Shown: one piece after another, positions 49,527 to 59,887 of the stretch
Numbering within the stretch: position 1 is the stretch's first letter
How the letters are laid out: each line of letters starts with the position of its first letter
Notes under the pieces: generated by a model
The model's database searches: none
Seen by the model: only the letters and a program-made list of their open reading frames with translations
Told to the model about the DNA's origin: nothing
IMG/VR virus record: IMGVR_UViG_3300021431_000075
Location: 416,001 to 480,000 of that record
Strand: one strand, 5' to 3'
From: a virus
Lineage: Duplodnaviria > Caudoviricetes
Length of the DNA stretch: 64,000 nt
Position numbers and translations under genes: made by a program

Positions 49527-52178
49527 CTAATTGTTGCTTGATTTTCTTGTAAACAGATTTCCAAGTATGCGGACTCTGTTGCTGCTGTTGCCAAGGAACA
49601 GGTTCGCGCTGGTTGTCGATACGGTCTGGAATGCCTGTTCAGGGTCAACAGGCATGAACTTGGCAATAAGCGTTGTGTCTGCGTTTCCGTGGTTTTGAAG
49701 TTCCTTCCCAGGCGGAATCTTGAACACCTGATAGCCGCGAGCTCCGATCATTTCCATCGCTCTTTTCTGTGTCATGTATTCCGGAGTTACCCATCCGTTC
49801 TCCGTCATCACGTCGCGACCGCCGGTGAACGGATCGACTTTGGTTTCGTAGTTGGAAACCGCCTTGACATAGTCGGGAAGCTTGTATATCTTTCCTGCGC
49901 CGCGGTTGAACATCGACTGTATCGCAGCCTTGTCTCTTGCCATCGCATGCTCAATCGTATATACGACTTTCATTTCCAGCGGGAAGTCATCAGGTCCGAG
50001 TTCATCTCCGAAAGAGACATCCATCTTCTTGCAAATCAGATTTCCGACAACCATCATCGGGTTCAACGGATTTCCGATTGTCAGGTGCCAGTTTCCGGTA
50101 GGCTCTCCGCTCAACAGAGAACGAAGTCCGCTGACATTCGGAAGCACGGTTTCCTGAATGACTTGGTCTTTCCACATGCTATTCAGATTGTTGAACATGT
50201 TACTGAGCGCGTCCCTGCCTTTCTGTGCCGCGTCTTCTCCTGCGATGTTGTTTGCCACATCCCCTGCTTTGTTGAACCACGAGCCGACTGTTGACATGGA
50301 ACCCATCAGAGCAGAACCGATTGACTGAAGCATTCCGCCGATTGCGCCGACTGTCTGGCTCAGGATATTTCCCATTCGCTCAGTCAATATGCTCCATTCG
50401 ATAGAACTTGTAGCCGAGTCTGTGCTGACTTTCTTTCCGAATGACAGGAAACCCTCAAGACCCTTTGCAATCGCTCCGTTCTTTCCGAATATGTTGCCTG
50501 CATATAGAGCATCCATCATGCTTCCGCTTCCGGTACCGCGCTTGAACGGGTACATATGCGGCTTGATGTTGAATCTGTAACCGCCGCCCCAGAACACTGC
50601 ATCTGCAGAAGCAATCTCCATCGCGTTGGAAAGAATATCAAGCATTGCCGCTTTTGTGTTGATGCCGCCGATAGGTCTTGCCACATACTCGCAAGTCAGT
50701 GTGAAAGACTGTGAGAACTCGATGCCGGCATCTCTTGCCTGAACGCTCTGGATACGATTGACAGGACCTACAATCTTGTTTGAGTACAGTGATTCTGTAG
50801 GATCCATATTCGCGCTTGTCAAGTGTTCCCAAGCCGCTTGGTTATGACCATCATAACCGTTTGGCGACAAGAGTCCGACAAACTTACCGAACGATAGATA
50901 CTGCCCGGTCAATCCTCCCATGGCGCCGAGAAAGTTCGTGACGATTCCGGAACCTGATGTGATTCCTGAAAAACCGCCTCCACTTTCAAACATCTTGTCG
51001 ATGACCGCTCTCGGATTGCTGCCGACGTCTCCTTCTATCTTGTGAATGTCCGCGCTGATTTCTTTCCACTTGGTTCCTGACGAGAACTTCAGGAAATCAT
51101 TCAGCTTGTTGGCAGAATCGCCGCCGAAGTATGTCACGACTGTGGCAATAGGAGACGCTATGTTATGAGTCGCTTCGGTTCCTGCATCATTCAGCATATT
51201 GTAGAACTGAAGATTGTCATAAACGGGAACCGCATACTTTCTGAACGTAATCAGGCGGTTGTTCGGAATGATGTTCCAGAACTTGCAGAATACGAAGTCT
51301 TGGAAACTGTACGGGGTTCGTCCCCACTGGTCCTTGTTGCTCCAGTTTATGATATTTGAAGTCGTTGGATTGTTAATGCTCGTGAAGTCATCAGGGTTCA
51401 TGACAATGGAATCACCCTTTACGTTTGCCGTATCATAGAATCGCTTCGTGTCACGGATATCGTACATGTGGACTTCCTTGTTGTCTGAATTGACATTCGT
51501 TATGCCGCCGACAAGCCTTGTCACGCAATACGGGTTTATGAGCGACTGGACACCGTACATGTTGCCGTCTTTCTTGAGCTCTTCGACTTGAGCCTTGTTT
51601 GTCGCTATCTTATCTCCGCCGCTTGAAAGCGTGTTCACTTTCTGGTTTGTCGCTTCCTCATAAGCGGCTTTCTCGATTGTGAACACTTCATCGAAGTATG
51701 CGGAAGCCGCAGTGTCTGACGCGAACGGAACAATTATCTGTCCGGGAGAGTTCTTCTGCGTTGCAAGGAAACCGTCGATTCTGATCAGTCGAGGGTCCCA
51801 AGCCGCAGCATGTCTGGATTCCGGAAGAGTGCTACCTTCGTCCGTAGTCGCGTTCACTATTCCGCTGATGTCGTTTCTGCTCTTTTTGTACAGAGAGTAG
51901 TATTTCGCATCGTCAAGGTTCAGCATAGAGAGCATATCGTCGATATATACTTGGAGCCTGTTGATTTCATCTTCTTCATAGTATTCGTTTATATATGAAG
52001 ATATTTCATATTGCTTGCGCTCGTCAGAATACCCGCTATTGTTCAATATGTTTTCTATGATTGCAGCAAGAGAACCGTCTGCACCGTAGAGACCTTTTGC
52101 GTCATTCGATGCATTATGCTTCTTGTTTTGAATGTACTTTTTCTGATGCTTCTTATCTACGAGATTTAACGTCTTCAC
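49527..52178 (-). CDS. Large tail/baseplate structural protein
   Basis: WHLTIGNPLNP.M.VGNL...DDFP tube-fold-like C-terminus; adjacent to gp53-like gene; GATAAATA at 52237-52244. Confidence 0.55.
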   Translation of the reverse strand: MKTLNLVDKKHQKKYIQNKKHNASNDAKGLYGADGSLAAIIENILNNSGYSDERKQYEISSYINEYYEEDEINRLQVYIDDMLSMLNLDDAKYYSLYKKSRNDISGIVNATTDEGSTLPESRHAAAWDPRLIRIDGFLATQKNSPGQIIVPFASDTAASAYFDEVFTIEKAAYEEATNQKVNTLSSGGDKIATNKAQVEELKKDGNMYGVQSLINPYCVTRLVGGITNVNSDNKEVHMYDIRDTKRFYDTANVKGDSIVMNPDDFTSINNPTTSNIINWSNKDQWGRTPYSFQDFVFCKFWNIIPNNRLITFRKYAVPVYDNLQFYNMLNDAGTEATHNIASPIATVVTYFGGDSANKLNDFLKFSSGTKWKEISADIHKIEGDVGSNPRAVIDKMFESGGGFSGITSGSGIVTNFLGAMGGLTGQYLSFGKFVGLLSPNGYDGHNQAAWEHLTSANMDPTESLYSNKIVGPVNRIQSVQARDAGIEFSQSFTLTCEYVARPIGGINTKAAMLDILSNAMEIASADAVFWGGGYRFNIKPHMYPFKRGTGSGSMMDALYAGNIFGKNGAIAKGLEGFLSFGKKVSTDSATSSIEWSILTERMGNILSQTVGAIGGMLQSIGSALMGSMSTVGSWFNKAGDVANNIAGEDAAQKGRDALSNMFNNLNSMWKDQVIQETVLPNVSGLRSLLSGEPTGNWHLTIGNPLNPMMVVGNLICKKMDVSFGDELGPDDFPLEMKVVYTIEHAMARDKAAIQSMFNRGAGKIYKLPDYVKAVSNYETKVDPFTGGRDVMTENGWVTPEYMTQKRAMEMIGARGYQVFKIPPGKELQNHGNADTTLIAKFMPVDPEQAFQTVSTTSANLFLGNSSNRVRILGNLFTRKSSNN

Positions 52179-52314
52179 GATGACTCGATTATGTTTTCAG
52201 CAAGAATGAAATGTGTGTAATCTTGCTATATTTTTTTATTTATCATTAAATAGGTGATTTTAGCATAATGAAAAATTATAAGATGTTAAAAAAATAAAAA
52301 TATAGTCATGCTGT

Positions 52315-52346
52315 TTTGTTTTAATGAATGAAATCTATTAACTTTG
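52315..52346 (+). promoter_or_regulatory. Bacteroidota sigmaA promoter
   Basis: TTTG-20 nt-TAACTTTG. Confidence 0.7.
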
Positions 52347-52382
52347 CAAGCACAATAAAACATTTATAAACATTATAAAGAT

Positions 52383-53012
52383 ATGAAGAACTTTAGACAT
52401 TTTCTATTTGTTATTAGTGCTCTTGTTTTTGTTTCATGTAGTACTTATGAATATTCATTCAGGCTTGTTGATGTTGAAAGACCTGTTGATGCGAAACAAC
52501 AATTTGGAGAAACTGAATCAGTTGTTGTTAAAAATAATGGTTTGTGCCGTTATGAAGATGAATATATAGATGTTACTTGGCATGTGGATATGGAATCTAT
52601 AAGATTTTCAATTACTAATAAAACAAATCATTCTTTGAAAATTAATTGGAACGATGTTTGTTTTGTTGATGCAAACAACCAAGTGAGACATGTTACTCAT
52701 TCTGGATATAAAGATTTGAATAATTTGCAGCCGATGAGTATGATTCCAAACGGTTCCACATTGACTGATTGTATAATTCCAGAGGTTAGAGTTTATAATT
52801 ATAACCATATTGGAAAGAAAAAGACTTATATATTGCCGAACATATACAAGCAATATAAAGATACAAAAGAACTTGAAAGCACGAAACAGTCTGCAACAAG
52901 TTTTGTTGGTAAAAAAATAACATTGGTTGTGCCCATTATAATCAAGAACGTTCAAAATGATTATATGTTTACGTTTGTTGTTGATAGACTTTTGAATACA
53001 CAAAGTAGATGA
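52383..53012 (+). CDS. Lipoprotein in AT-rich moron
   Basis: Signal peptide with lipobox FVSC. Confidence 0.75.
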   Translation: MKNFRHFLFVISALVFVSCSTYEYSFRLVDVERPVDAKQQFGETESVVVKNNGLCRYEDEYIDVTWHVDMESIRFSITNKTNHSLKINWNDVCFVDANNQVRHVTHSGYKDLNNLQPMSMIPNGSTLTDCIIPEVRVYNYNHIGKKKTYILPNIYKQYKDTKELESTKQSATSFVGKKITLVVPIIIKNVQNDYMFTFVVDRLLNTQSR

Positions 53013-53098
53013 TTTGAAATGCTGGGGATTGTCTAATTTCATCATTAGTGATTTCCGGGGATTTTCAAAATAAATACTTTCAAAACAAACAACCGGCA

Positions 53099-53578
53099 AT
53101 GAATCCAGACGAAATACAGCAGCAACAGACGCAAGAATCAACAGAAAACACTCCGGAAGACAAGGCGACAAAACTCCGTAACTATTGGACAGAGGAAGTC
53201 CAAAAACTGAATGAATATTTGAAAAACCTTCCGTCTGTTGACCATTTGATTAATATTGTTTATACAAAAAGACAAGAGGCTGTTGATAACTATTATGCAA
53301 CGATGTCTGTATACAACAAGCAGTATCGTATATACAAGCAGAACTATGCCCAGATTTACAACAATATCAAAGCAGGTTCCAATGGCATACGATATACAAG
53401 CGACCAAGCAATAGACAAGCAAATTGACGCGCAGTTGATTGCACAGCGAGAAGTCCTTGATGAATTGAATGTTCTGATGAGTTTCTTATGGGAGACTGTC
53501 AAGTCTATCGATGGTATTCAGTATGCTATTGGTAACAAGATTAAGATTCATGAAATGATGAATGGCTTGAAGTTCTAA
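53099..53578 (+). CDS. UvsY-like recombination mediator
   Basis: Helical; ID.QIDA, ETVKSID...YAI.NKI C-terminus; start ATG 53099. Confidence 0.5.
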   Translation: MNPDEIQQQQTQESTENTPEDKATKLRNYWTEEVQKLNEYLKNLPSVDHLINIVYTKRQEAVDNYYATMSVYNKQYRIYKQNYAQIYNNIKAGSNGIRYTSDQAIDKQIDAQLIAQREVLDELNVLMSFLWETVKSIDGIQYAIGNKIKIHEMMNGLKF

Positions 53579-53606
53579 AAATAAATAAATAAAGTCGTTT
53601 TAAGAA

Positions 53607-53978
53607 ATGAGACGAAATAACAAGTTGACCGAGCAGCAAATCAGGCATAGAGTCATGAGAGAAGTCTATGATTTTTTGAATGAGCATTTTCCTGCGGATG
53701 TTATCGAGCAGCAAGCATTGGATAAAGTGAGAAAACTTGGTGAGTTCGATATTATAAAGATTAAGTATGCTCCTGCAAAGTTTAACGGTTATCTTGAAAT
53801 TGAGAACAATATATACAATAACTACTATGTTGTTGGATGGAATTTTAATTATGGATGCCCAAGAAGCACACAAAGATTCAGAAATCCGGAGGAAGTAATT
53901 AAGTTCTTAAAAGATAATGGCATTGATCTTTCGTCTCTCGTTGAAACAGTAAATCCGGATTTGACAAACGGTCTATAA
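53607..53978 (+). CDS. Hypothetical late protein
   Basis: ATAAATA at 53581; KLTE...MREV..FLNE leader. Confidence 0.6.
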   Translation: MRRNNKLTEQQIRHRVMREVYDFLNEHFPADVIEQQALDKVRKLGEFDIIKIKYAPAKFNGYLEIENNIYNNYYVVGWNFNYGCPRSTQRFRNPEEVIKFLKDNGIDLSSLVETVNPDLTNGL

Positions 53979-53995
53979 AAACGTTCTTTATCTTT

Positions 53996-54214
53996 ATGTC
54001 TAAGAAAATAAAGAAAATCAGCAAGAGTAATAATGATTCGTCTGGAATCATAAGAATGGTCGGCGATGCTGGCTATCTTGTAAAAGACACTCCATGTCTG
54101 ATTCCGAAGGAGAACATGCCAATGTTCAATGCCATGAGAAAGACTGCCGGCGTATCTTCTTTTGGAAACTATCCGAATCCGTTCAACATTTTCTGGAAAG
54201 GTGGAGGAAAGTAA
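53996..54214 (+). CDS. Hypothetical protein
   Basis: 72-aa ATG ORF followed by hairpin at 54231-54262. Confidence 0.55.
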   Translation: MSKKIKKISKSNNDSSGIIRMVGDAGYLVKDTPCLIPKENMPMFNAMRKTAGVSSFGNYPNPFNIFWKGGGK

Positions 54215-54323
54215 TTATCAATAGAATAGAAAAATCTCACAACATAGTGCTGTGAGATTTTTTGTCTTTATGATTATGATGTTTTTCTCAAGAATAATCA
54301 GAGCCGAATGTATGAAATCGTTT

Positions 54324-54797
54324 TTACTTTCCGTTCTTGATTCTGTTTCCTACGATGTCCCACATCGTGTTCACGATGAAGCTGTTCTTCACCTTGCGAC
54401 CAACCATGCTCTTGATTTGCTCGTTGATGACATCAACGACTTCAGCGGACTGTCCGATACGGAAGCTCTCTGTAATCTGCTCAAGATTCTTCTTGACCTG
54501 TTTCTGGATGAACATCTTGATGTCTTCAGACGAAGAGTCCTTGCTGAGAACAATCATATTCTCGTTAAGCAACTTGACGCCAGCATCGTTGATACCGGTC
54601 TTTGGAGACCAGTACTCGGAAAGCCTGCGTGCCATCTCAGCTTTTGTCTTGGAATCAAGCTCTGACATTTTGCCTGTAATCATGTAGTTCTCCTTGAGAA
54701 CATTGACAACCGCAACCTTCTGTGCCTCATAAACAGCGCGTCTCTCTTCAAGGACCTTTTTCTTGCTTTGATTATAAACTTGACTATATGATTTCAT
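54324..54797 (-). CDS. Hypothetical late protein
   Basis: 157-aa ORF; GATAAATA at 54893-54900. Confidence 0.65.
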   Translation of the reverse strand: MKSYSQVYNQSKKKVLEERRAVYEAQKVAVVNVLKENYMITGKMSELDSKTKAEMARRLSEYWSPKTGINDAGVKLLNENMIVLSKDSSSEDIKMFIQKQVKKNLEQITESFRIGQSAEVVDVINEQIKSMVGRKVKNSFIVNTMWDIVGNRIKNGK

Positions 54798-54916
54798 TCT
54801 TTTGTAAAAGAATATTTTATTCAGTTTTTGTTGCTTTATTTCTTGTGCGTTTTTTGACTTGCTTGAGCAAATACAATAGCCGCAACTTTTATTATTTATC
54901 TTTAATGTTTGAAAAA

Positions 54917-55375
54917 TTATTTTTCAATGTTCAGGATGAGTCTTGTGTCTTTCGGGACTGTGCATAAAGCGCGTATGATAATGGTTCCGTCATCCGGGTT
55001 CCATTCATAGTCGCAGTTGGGTTCAGGGTGCTTCTTTGATATGATGTCATAGTGCTGGCAGTAACCGAAAGGAATCACGAATGTAGTGTCCGGTTCCACT
55101 TCGAACACCATGTCACGAACATCCTTCGAGTATAGCGCGCTCTTGTCCACCATTCTTGTCGGGCATATCTCGATGATGTCGCCGCGGAAGAATCTGCTGT
55201 TTGAATAGACGGACCGTCCGTCGAACTTCACTTTGCATTGTCTTGCGTTTGTCGGAACAAGGTCGTATTTTTTTATTGCCTTTTTGTCTCGCTTTGTGTC
55301 TCCCCTGAAAAGCCCGTACAGACTTATGCCTTTCAACTGTTCATTGATTCTATGATGCTTGCTGTAGTGTCTCAT
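54917..55375 (-). CDS. Divergent SET-domain-like protein
   Basis: GDIIEICP, FGY...Y...H..PNC, IRAL..VPK. Confidence 0.55.
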   Translation of the reverse strand: MRHYSKHHRINEQLKGISLYGLFRGDTKRDKKAIKKYDLVPTNARQCKVKFDGRSVYSNSRFFRGDIIEICPTRMVDKSALYSKDVRDMVFEVEPDTTFVIPFGYCQHYDIISKKHPEPNCDYEWNPDDGTIIIRALCTVPKDTRLILNIEK

Positions 55376-55381
55376 TTCTTT

Positions 55382-57271
55382 TTAAAAATCACTTTTCTGT
55401 CCGCCGTTGTATGTCTCGACTTTTTGTTTCAGTTCATCTCCGGCATTATCCAATGCTTCGATGCGAGTTGATGCGTCCGTTGTTGTTGCTGTTGATGCAT
55501 CGACAGTTTCTTGGCTATTGTTATCCGCATATTTCGCATAGTTGTTAACATAGTCTTTTACATCCTTGTTTGGCACCAAGTTTTCAATCCTTTGTGCAAG
55601 TTTTCCGAAGTATGCGCTCATGTCCTCGTCTTCATTGATGACATAGTCGTACACGTACATGAACTCTTCAACAACGAGAGATTCAGAGATGTTCAAGTCC
55701 TTGTTGTAAATCACGTTGCAGATCGCGTCATAGTAAGCGTCAAATGCATTTGCAAGCGTGAAGTTCGAGTACTTCTCCGAATAGTCTGTATTCAAGAAGT
55801 CCTTAATCAATTTCAAGAACATCTTTTCTACGTTTATCTTGTCGATGACAGACGTGCTTGATGACTTGAACGAGTCAAGATACGGAAGAAGCGACTTGTA
55901 GTGGTCGTTGTCCGGAGCGGTTATGATGTTCTTGATGATGTCAAGGATGCTGACATTCTTTTTGAACACCGGACGCTTTGTATTGCTTCCGAACGGAGTA
56001 ATCTCATAGTCGTTGTTCTTGAACAGATTGTCTAAAATCTTCTGGCAGGCGTTGTCGATTTTGCCGGCATTCCATTTGTATATGTCGCTGTTTAAGAAAT
56101 CTTTCCATCTCTTGATGTATTCTCTGAGCTTCAGTTTCAAATTCTTGTTATTGATGATGAACTCTTCGTTCAGTGTGTTGTTGTAGTCTTCTATTGCCTG
56201 ATATGTCTTGTTGATGCTGTCGAAATATGTTCCGATGAGGAGTTTTGAAATCGCGTCATCGACTTGCTCAACGATGTCAGATTCGTTCTTTTGGTCTATG
56301 ATTTTGTTCATGATGCGGTTGTCGCTATAATAGTCAACCACATGTTTGATTGCATTCCTCAGGTTGATATTGGGAATCCTTCTTGTTTTGAATTCCTTTG
56401 CAATATCCGGAGCATTCGTATTGAGCCATCTGTTGCTGTCCAATATGCTGTCAAGTCTGTCATATGCAATATCAGAGTTCGGATATACGCCTTGAATCAG
56501 GTCAATCTTCTCGTCATAAGAGTTCTCGTCAGGAATATCCACATAGTTGTTGTTCTTGCTGATGATGTTCTGTATGAATTTCTTGTCGCTTGCATCCGAT
56601 GTGTATTCTCTGATGACTGCATTGTAGAATTCGGTTTTTAGAATATTCTTGTGAGCCTCGACGTCACAAACGGTCTGAATGACTTTAAGGGATATGAAAA
56701 TATCAGGGAATTTTATTTTCGTCTCGTCTGTTATGTTCTCGATATTGATGTTTGTCAAGTTTGAATTGTAGAAGAACGACAGGATGCTTTCAAGGTTCTT
56801 GTCTTCCTTCTTCAAATTGACAAGAGCGTCGAAGAAAGTCTTGAATTCCTTGTCGTCTTCATTGTTTCCGTTTTCATCTTCAAACATGCTCTCGTCTTCG
56901 TCATGAACTTCCCTGTGTGTCTTTATGAAGGTTCCGTCCGATTTTATAATCTGTTTGAACATGTTCCTGTATGTCTCGTAGAGATTGTCTTCGATGTTGA
57001 AATTGTCAACAATCTCATAGAACTTGTTGATTGCATCATGGAGAGATTTGATGTTATTGTTCTGCATGGATGAACCCATTCTTCCTACAGTCTCTCTGTT
57101 CAGAATATGCTCTGATGCAAGATACTGCTTCAGAACATCTATTCTCTCGTCATTCACATCCGCGTTTCCGTGCATAGAGTCGAGCTGCCTTGCCGTGTCT
57201 ATGCAACGCTCCAGTTCATCTGCGCTATGAAACTTCTGTTTTGTTAAGTATAATACGTCTATCCAAGCCAT
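55382..57271 (-). CDS. Hypothetical late/virion protein
   Basis: 629-aa ORF in late operon. Confidence 0.6.
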   Translation of the reverse strand: MAWIDVLYLTKQKFHSADELERCIDTARQLDSMHGNADVNDERIDVLKQYLASEHILNRETVGRMGSSMQNNNIKSLHDAINKFYEIVDNFNIEDNLYETYRNMFKQIIKSDGTFIKTHREVHDEDESMFEDENGNNEDDKEFKTFFDALVNLKKEDKNLESILSFFYNSNLTNINIENITDETKIKFPDIFISLKVIQTVCDVEAHKNILKTEFYNAVIREYTSDASDKKFIQNIISKNNNYVDIPDENSYDEKIDLIQGVYPNSDIAYDRLDSILDSNRWLNTNAPDIAKEFKTRRIPNINLRNAIKHVVDYYSDNRIMNKIIDQKNESDIVEQVDDAISKLLIGTYFDSINKTYQAIEDYNNTLNEEFIINNKNLKLKLREYIKRWKDFLNSDIYKWNAGKIDNACQKILDNLFKNNDYEITPFGSNTKRPVFKKNVSILDIIKNIITAPDNDHYKSLLPYLDSFKSSSTSVIDKINVEKMFLKLIKDFLNTDYSEKYSNFTLANAFDAYYDAICNVIYNKDLNISESLVVEEFMYVYDYVINEDEDMSAYFGKLAQRIENLVPNKDVKDYVNNYAKYADNNSQETVDASTATTTDASTRIEALDNAGDELKQKVETYNGGQKSDF

Positions 57272-57290
57272 CTTTTAAGAGTTATCATTA

Positions 57291-58874
57291 TTAAACTGTC
57301 ATGCCGGATGAACCGGAATTGCTATAAATCACATCATACATGCTGACGACGCGACCAAGCGCGCTATCCATGTCATCCACGAAGTATTTATAACCTGTAT
57401 TGAAGTCATCCACTGTATAGTATGGTATATATCCGTTCTTGTACTCATAAGACAGCTGCTTGAATATGCATCTGTATGTGAGCATCATGGCGATTATTCT
57501 CGGATACGTGACACGCAGGAAATCCTCGACGAATGACGCTGAACCGCTTTCGACGGAACCCTGGCTTCCGGTCAGCTGCGCGATTCTGTTGTCGATTCTC
57601 ATCTGGAGATCCGCGCTGTATCTGTTCCACATGGAAAGAAGACCTTCTGCCTTGAACGGATGGTGTCTGAGACTCTTTTGACCGCCGGTCTTGCAGACTT
57701 GCGCAATCTTGTTCTTGATTTCCTCGTCTGCACGGTCCTTGATGAACTTCATCGCGTTGGAAAGTTCCTTGATACAGGACCAGTCTGCACGCGGACCGAT
57801 GACCTCGCTGATTTCGGAGCTCAGGAAAGTGAACATGTCATGGTATATCGTGTCATAGTCCATCTGTTCATATTCAGAGAGCTTTTTGTCGATTGCCTCG
57901 TCTTCATTCAGAATGTTGCTTTTATCAAATTTTAACGCTTCCTCGATTGTTTTCAGGTTGCTGATTGACTTCGGCTTCATCGACATGTTGTCTTTCGAGA
58001 GGAAACCGTAAAAAGCGGTCCAGTTCGGAAAGTTCGTGAACGTGTTGATGAACCTGTTTAGCGTGTCGTTGTTCTTGATGTTCTCTATGTAGTTGCTGAC
58101 CTTGTTGAGATAAGCGCCCTTGTCGCCCGGAATGCTTGAAATCGCGATGCACTTGAAAACGATGTTCGCGTTCTTCTTCGCATCTATCTCGGTCTTCATG
58201 TCATTCAACTCTGTTCTATATCCCGTGTCCTTTATGCTTCTGAAAACCTCGCTCTTGTCTTCGAGCCATTCCTTTACATTGTTGAACGATGTCTTGTTTG
58301 CTGTTTCGATGGCTTTCTTGAAACCGGATATGCCGGATGAACCGGAAACCATCTGGACAATCGGGCTTATTATCGTGACTGAACGTGAGACATATGTTGT
58401 TATCGCATTGACGACATCTGTCATCATCTTGCTCATTTTCGCATTTCTTGATTTGATATCTTCTGGTTTAATATCAATTCCGTGCATGTCAGTCGTATCT
58501 TCAAATAGCATTCTTGTCATCAAGTTAGCAAGGTCAAGACTTTCGTTATATGCTTCTTGATTGTATGTCATCTTGAAACCGTACAAGTCCGGACTTCCGA
58601 AATTAATGTCGCCGAAACACTGCAGACCGATATCATCCGCGCTGTTCGAGTCTATTTCCATCGGTCTCATGAACAGGCTTCCGTTCGGATTATTCTTTGC
58701 CTTTGCCGGAAAGTTGATGTCTGCCATCAGCATCTGGAAATTGTACGGAAGCGACGGAAACGCGATTGCAGAGAACAGGTCTGTCTGCAGGTTCAGCTTG
58801 AATGCGCGCTTCTGCATCGTCTCGAGATATGCTTTCTGCACATCATCATTTATCAATATAACGTTATGTGCCAT
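57291..58874 (-). CDS. Hypothetical late/virion protein
   Basis: 527-aa ORF in late operon. Confidence 0.6.
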   Translation of the reverse strand: MAHNVILINDDVQKAYLETMQKRAFKLNLQTDLFSAIAFPSLPYNFQMLMADINFPAKAKNNPNGSLFMRPMEIDSNSADDIGLQCFGDINFGSPDLYGFKMTYNQEAYNESLDLANLMTRMLFEDTTDMHGIDIKPEDIKSRNAKMSKMMTDVVNAITTYVSRSVTIISPIVQMVSGSSGISGFKKAIETANKTSFNNVKEWLEDKSEVFRSIKDTGYRTELNDMKTEIDAKKNANIVFKCIAISSIPGDKGAYLNKVSNYIENIKNNDTLNRFINTFTNFPNWTAFYGFLSKDNMSMKPKSISNLKTIEEALKFDKSNILNEDEAIDKKLSEYEQMDYDTIYHDMFTFLSSEISEVIGPRADWSCIKELSNAMKFIKDRADEEIKNKIAQVCKTGGQKSLRHHPFKAEGLLSMWNRYSADLQMRIDNRIAQLTGSQGSVESGSASFVEDFLRVTYPRIIAMMLTYRCIFKQLSYEYKNGYIPYYTVDDFNTGYKYFVDDMDSALGRVVSMYDVIYSNSGSSGMTV

Positions 58875-58876
58875 AG

Positions 58877-59683
58877 TTAATCCTTGTCAATCACTGCTGT
58901 GAGTTTTGATAATACATTCGTGTTGAATGCCTGAAGTCCGCCGCCTTCTTGCGGTGCCGCCGAGTTGGATATGTTCATCATGCTTCCGTTTCCGAAGTAA
59001 CCGAGCTTGTGAGCCGCGCTCATTACCGAGTTTGTCATATTTCTGTCCGCTGTTTCCTGCACTGTGCGGAAGCATGCCATGTTGCGCTCGCCCATGTTCT
59101 GCCTTGCACCTTTTCTAAAGAAGAAGGCATACCACGGCTTCTTCTTGTGGACTCCCTGGTCAATCACTTCGACGAGCCTGTTCATGTAGTACTTCAGCTT
59201 TTCTATTGCAAGCTTGTCTTTTCCTGTGACAATCAGTGTTGCAAGAGCAGTTCCGAGAAAAGCGAGACCGCTCAGTGCAAGTGTTCCGAGTTTGGAGAAA
59301 GAGAGATTCTTGACCCATGCATATGCATCAAGACCTTCGCCGCCTGCTGCCTCGTTCAATATCTCGCTGTCGTCTTCATCATCATAATTCTCGAGATAGT
59401 TAAGCGTAGAGTCTTTCATCTCTATGTAAGAGTCATAGTCAACATCATTTTCAAGAGAGTCTGAATACATCTTGTCAATTTCTTCAGATATGATGTTCTT
59501 AATGAAAGATAAATTATCGAACGGTTGCTCGTCAATAGAATCATCTTCGGAGAAAATCAAATCATTCTCATCTTCTTCGAAAAGATTCCTCTTGTGAGCG
59601 TTATGCTCAGATTCATAAATCTTTCTATCTTCCGGACTCAGCAGAGCGAGTCTTTCTTTTGACAACTTGTGTGGAAATCTCAT
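58877..59683 (-). CDS. Hypothetical late protein with acidic N-terminus and one hydrophobic helix
   Basis: GATAAATA at 59723-59730; LFE and LNE motifs. Confidence 0.6.
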   Translation of the reverse strand: MRFPHKLSKERLALLSPEDRKIYESEHNAHKRNLFEEDENDLIFSEDDSIDEQPFDNLSFIKNIISEEIDKMYSDSLENDVDYDSYIEMKDSTLNYLENYDDEDDSEILNEAAGGEGLDAYAWVKNLSFSKLGTLALSGLAFLGTALATLIVTGKDKLAIEKLKYYMNRLVEVIDQGVHKKKPWYAFFFRKGARQNMGERNMACFRTVQETADRNMTNSVMSAAHKLGYFGNGSMMNISNSAAPQEGGGLQAFNTNVLSKLTAVIDKD

Positions 59684-59887
59684 ACAATCAAATGCAAATG
59701 TACATTCATCTTTATTATAAGATATTTATCTTAATGATTGAAAATGATGCATTTTGATGAAATTAAGAAAATAAAAACCGGGCTTCCTTAAAAAGAAAGC
59801 CCGGAAAATGTTTAATTTAAAAATTTTTGCTGATCTAAAAAACCATTTTGTCGCATTTCACAACGAAACAAAAAGTAGTATAATGTA

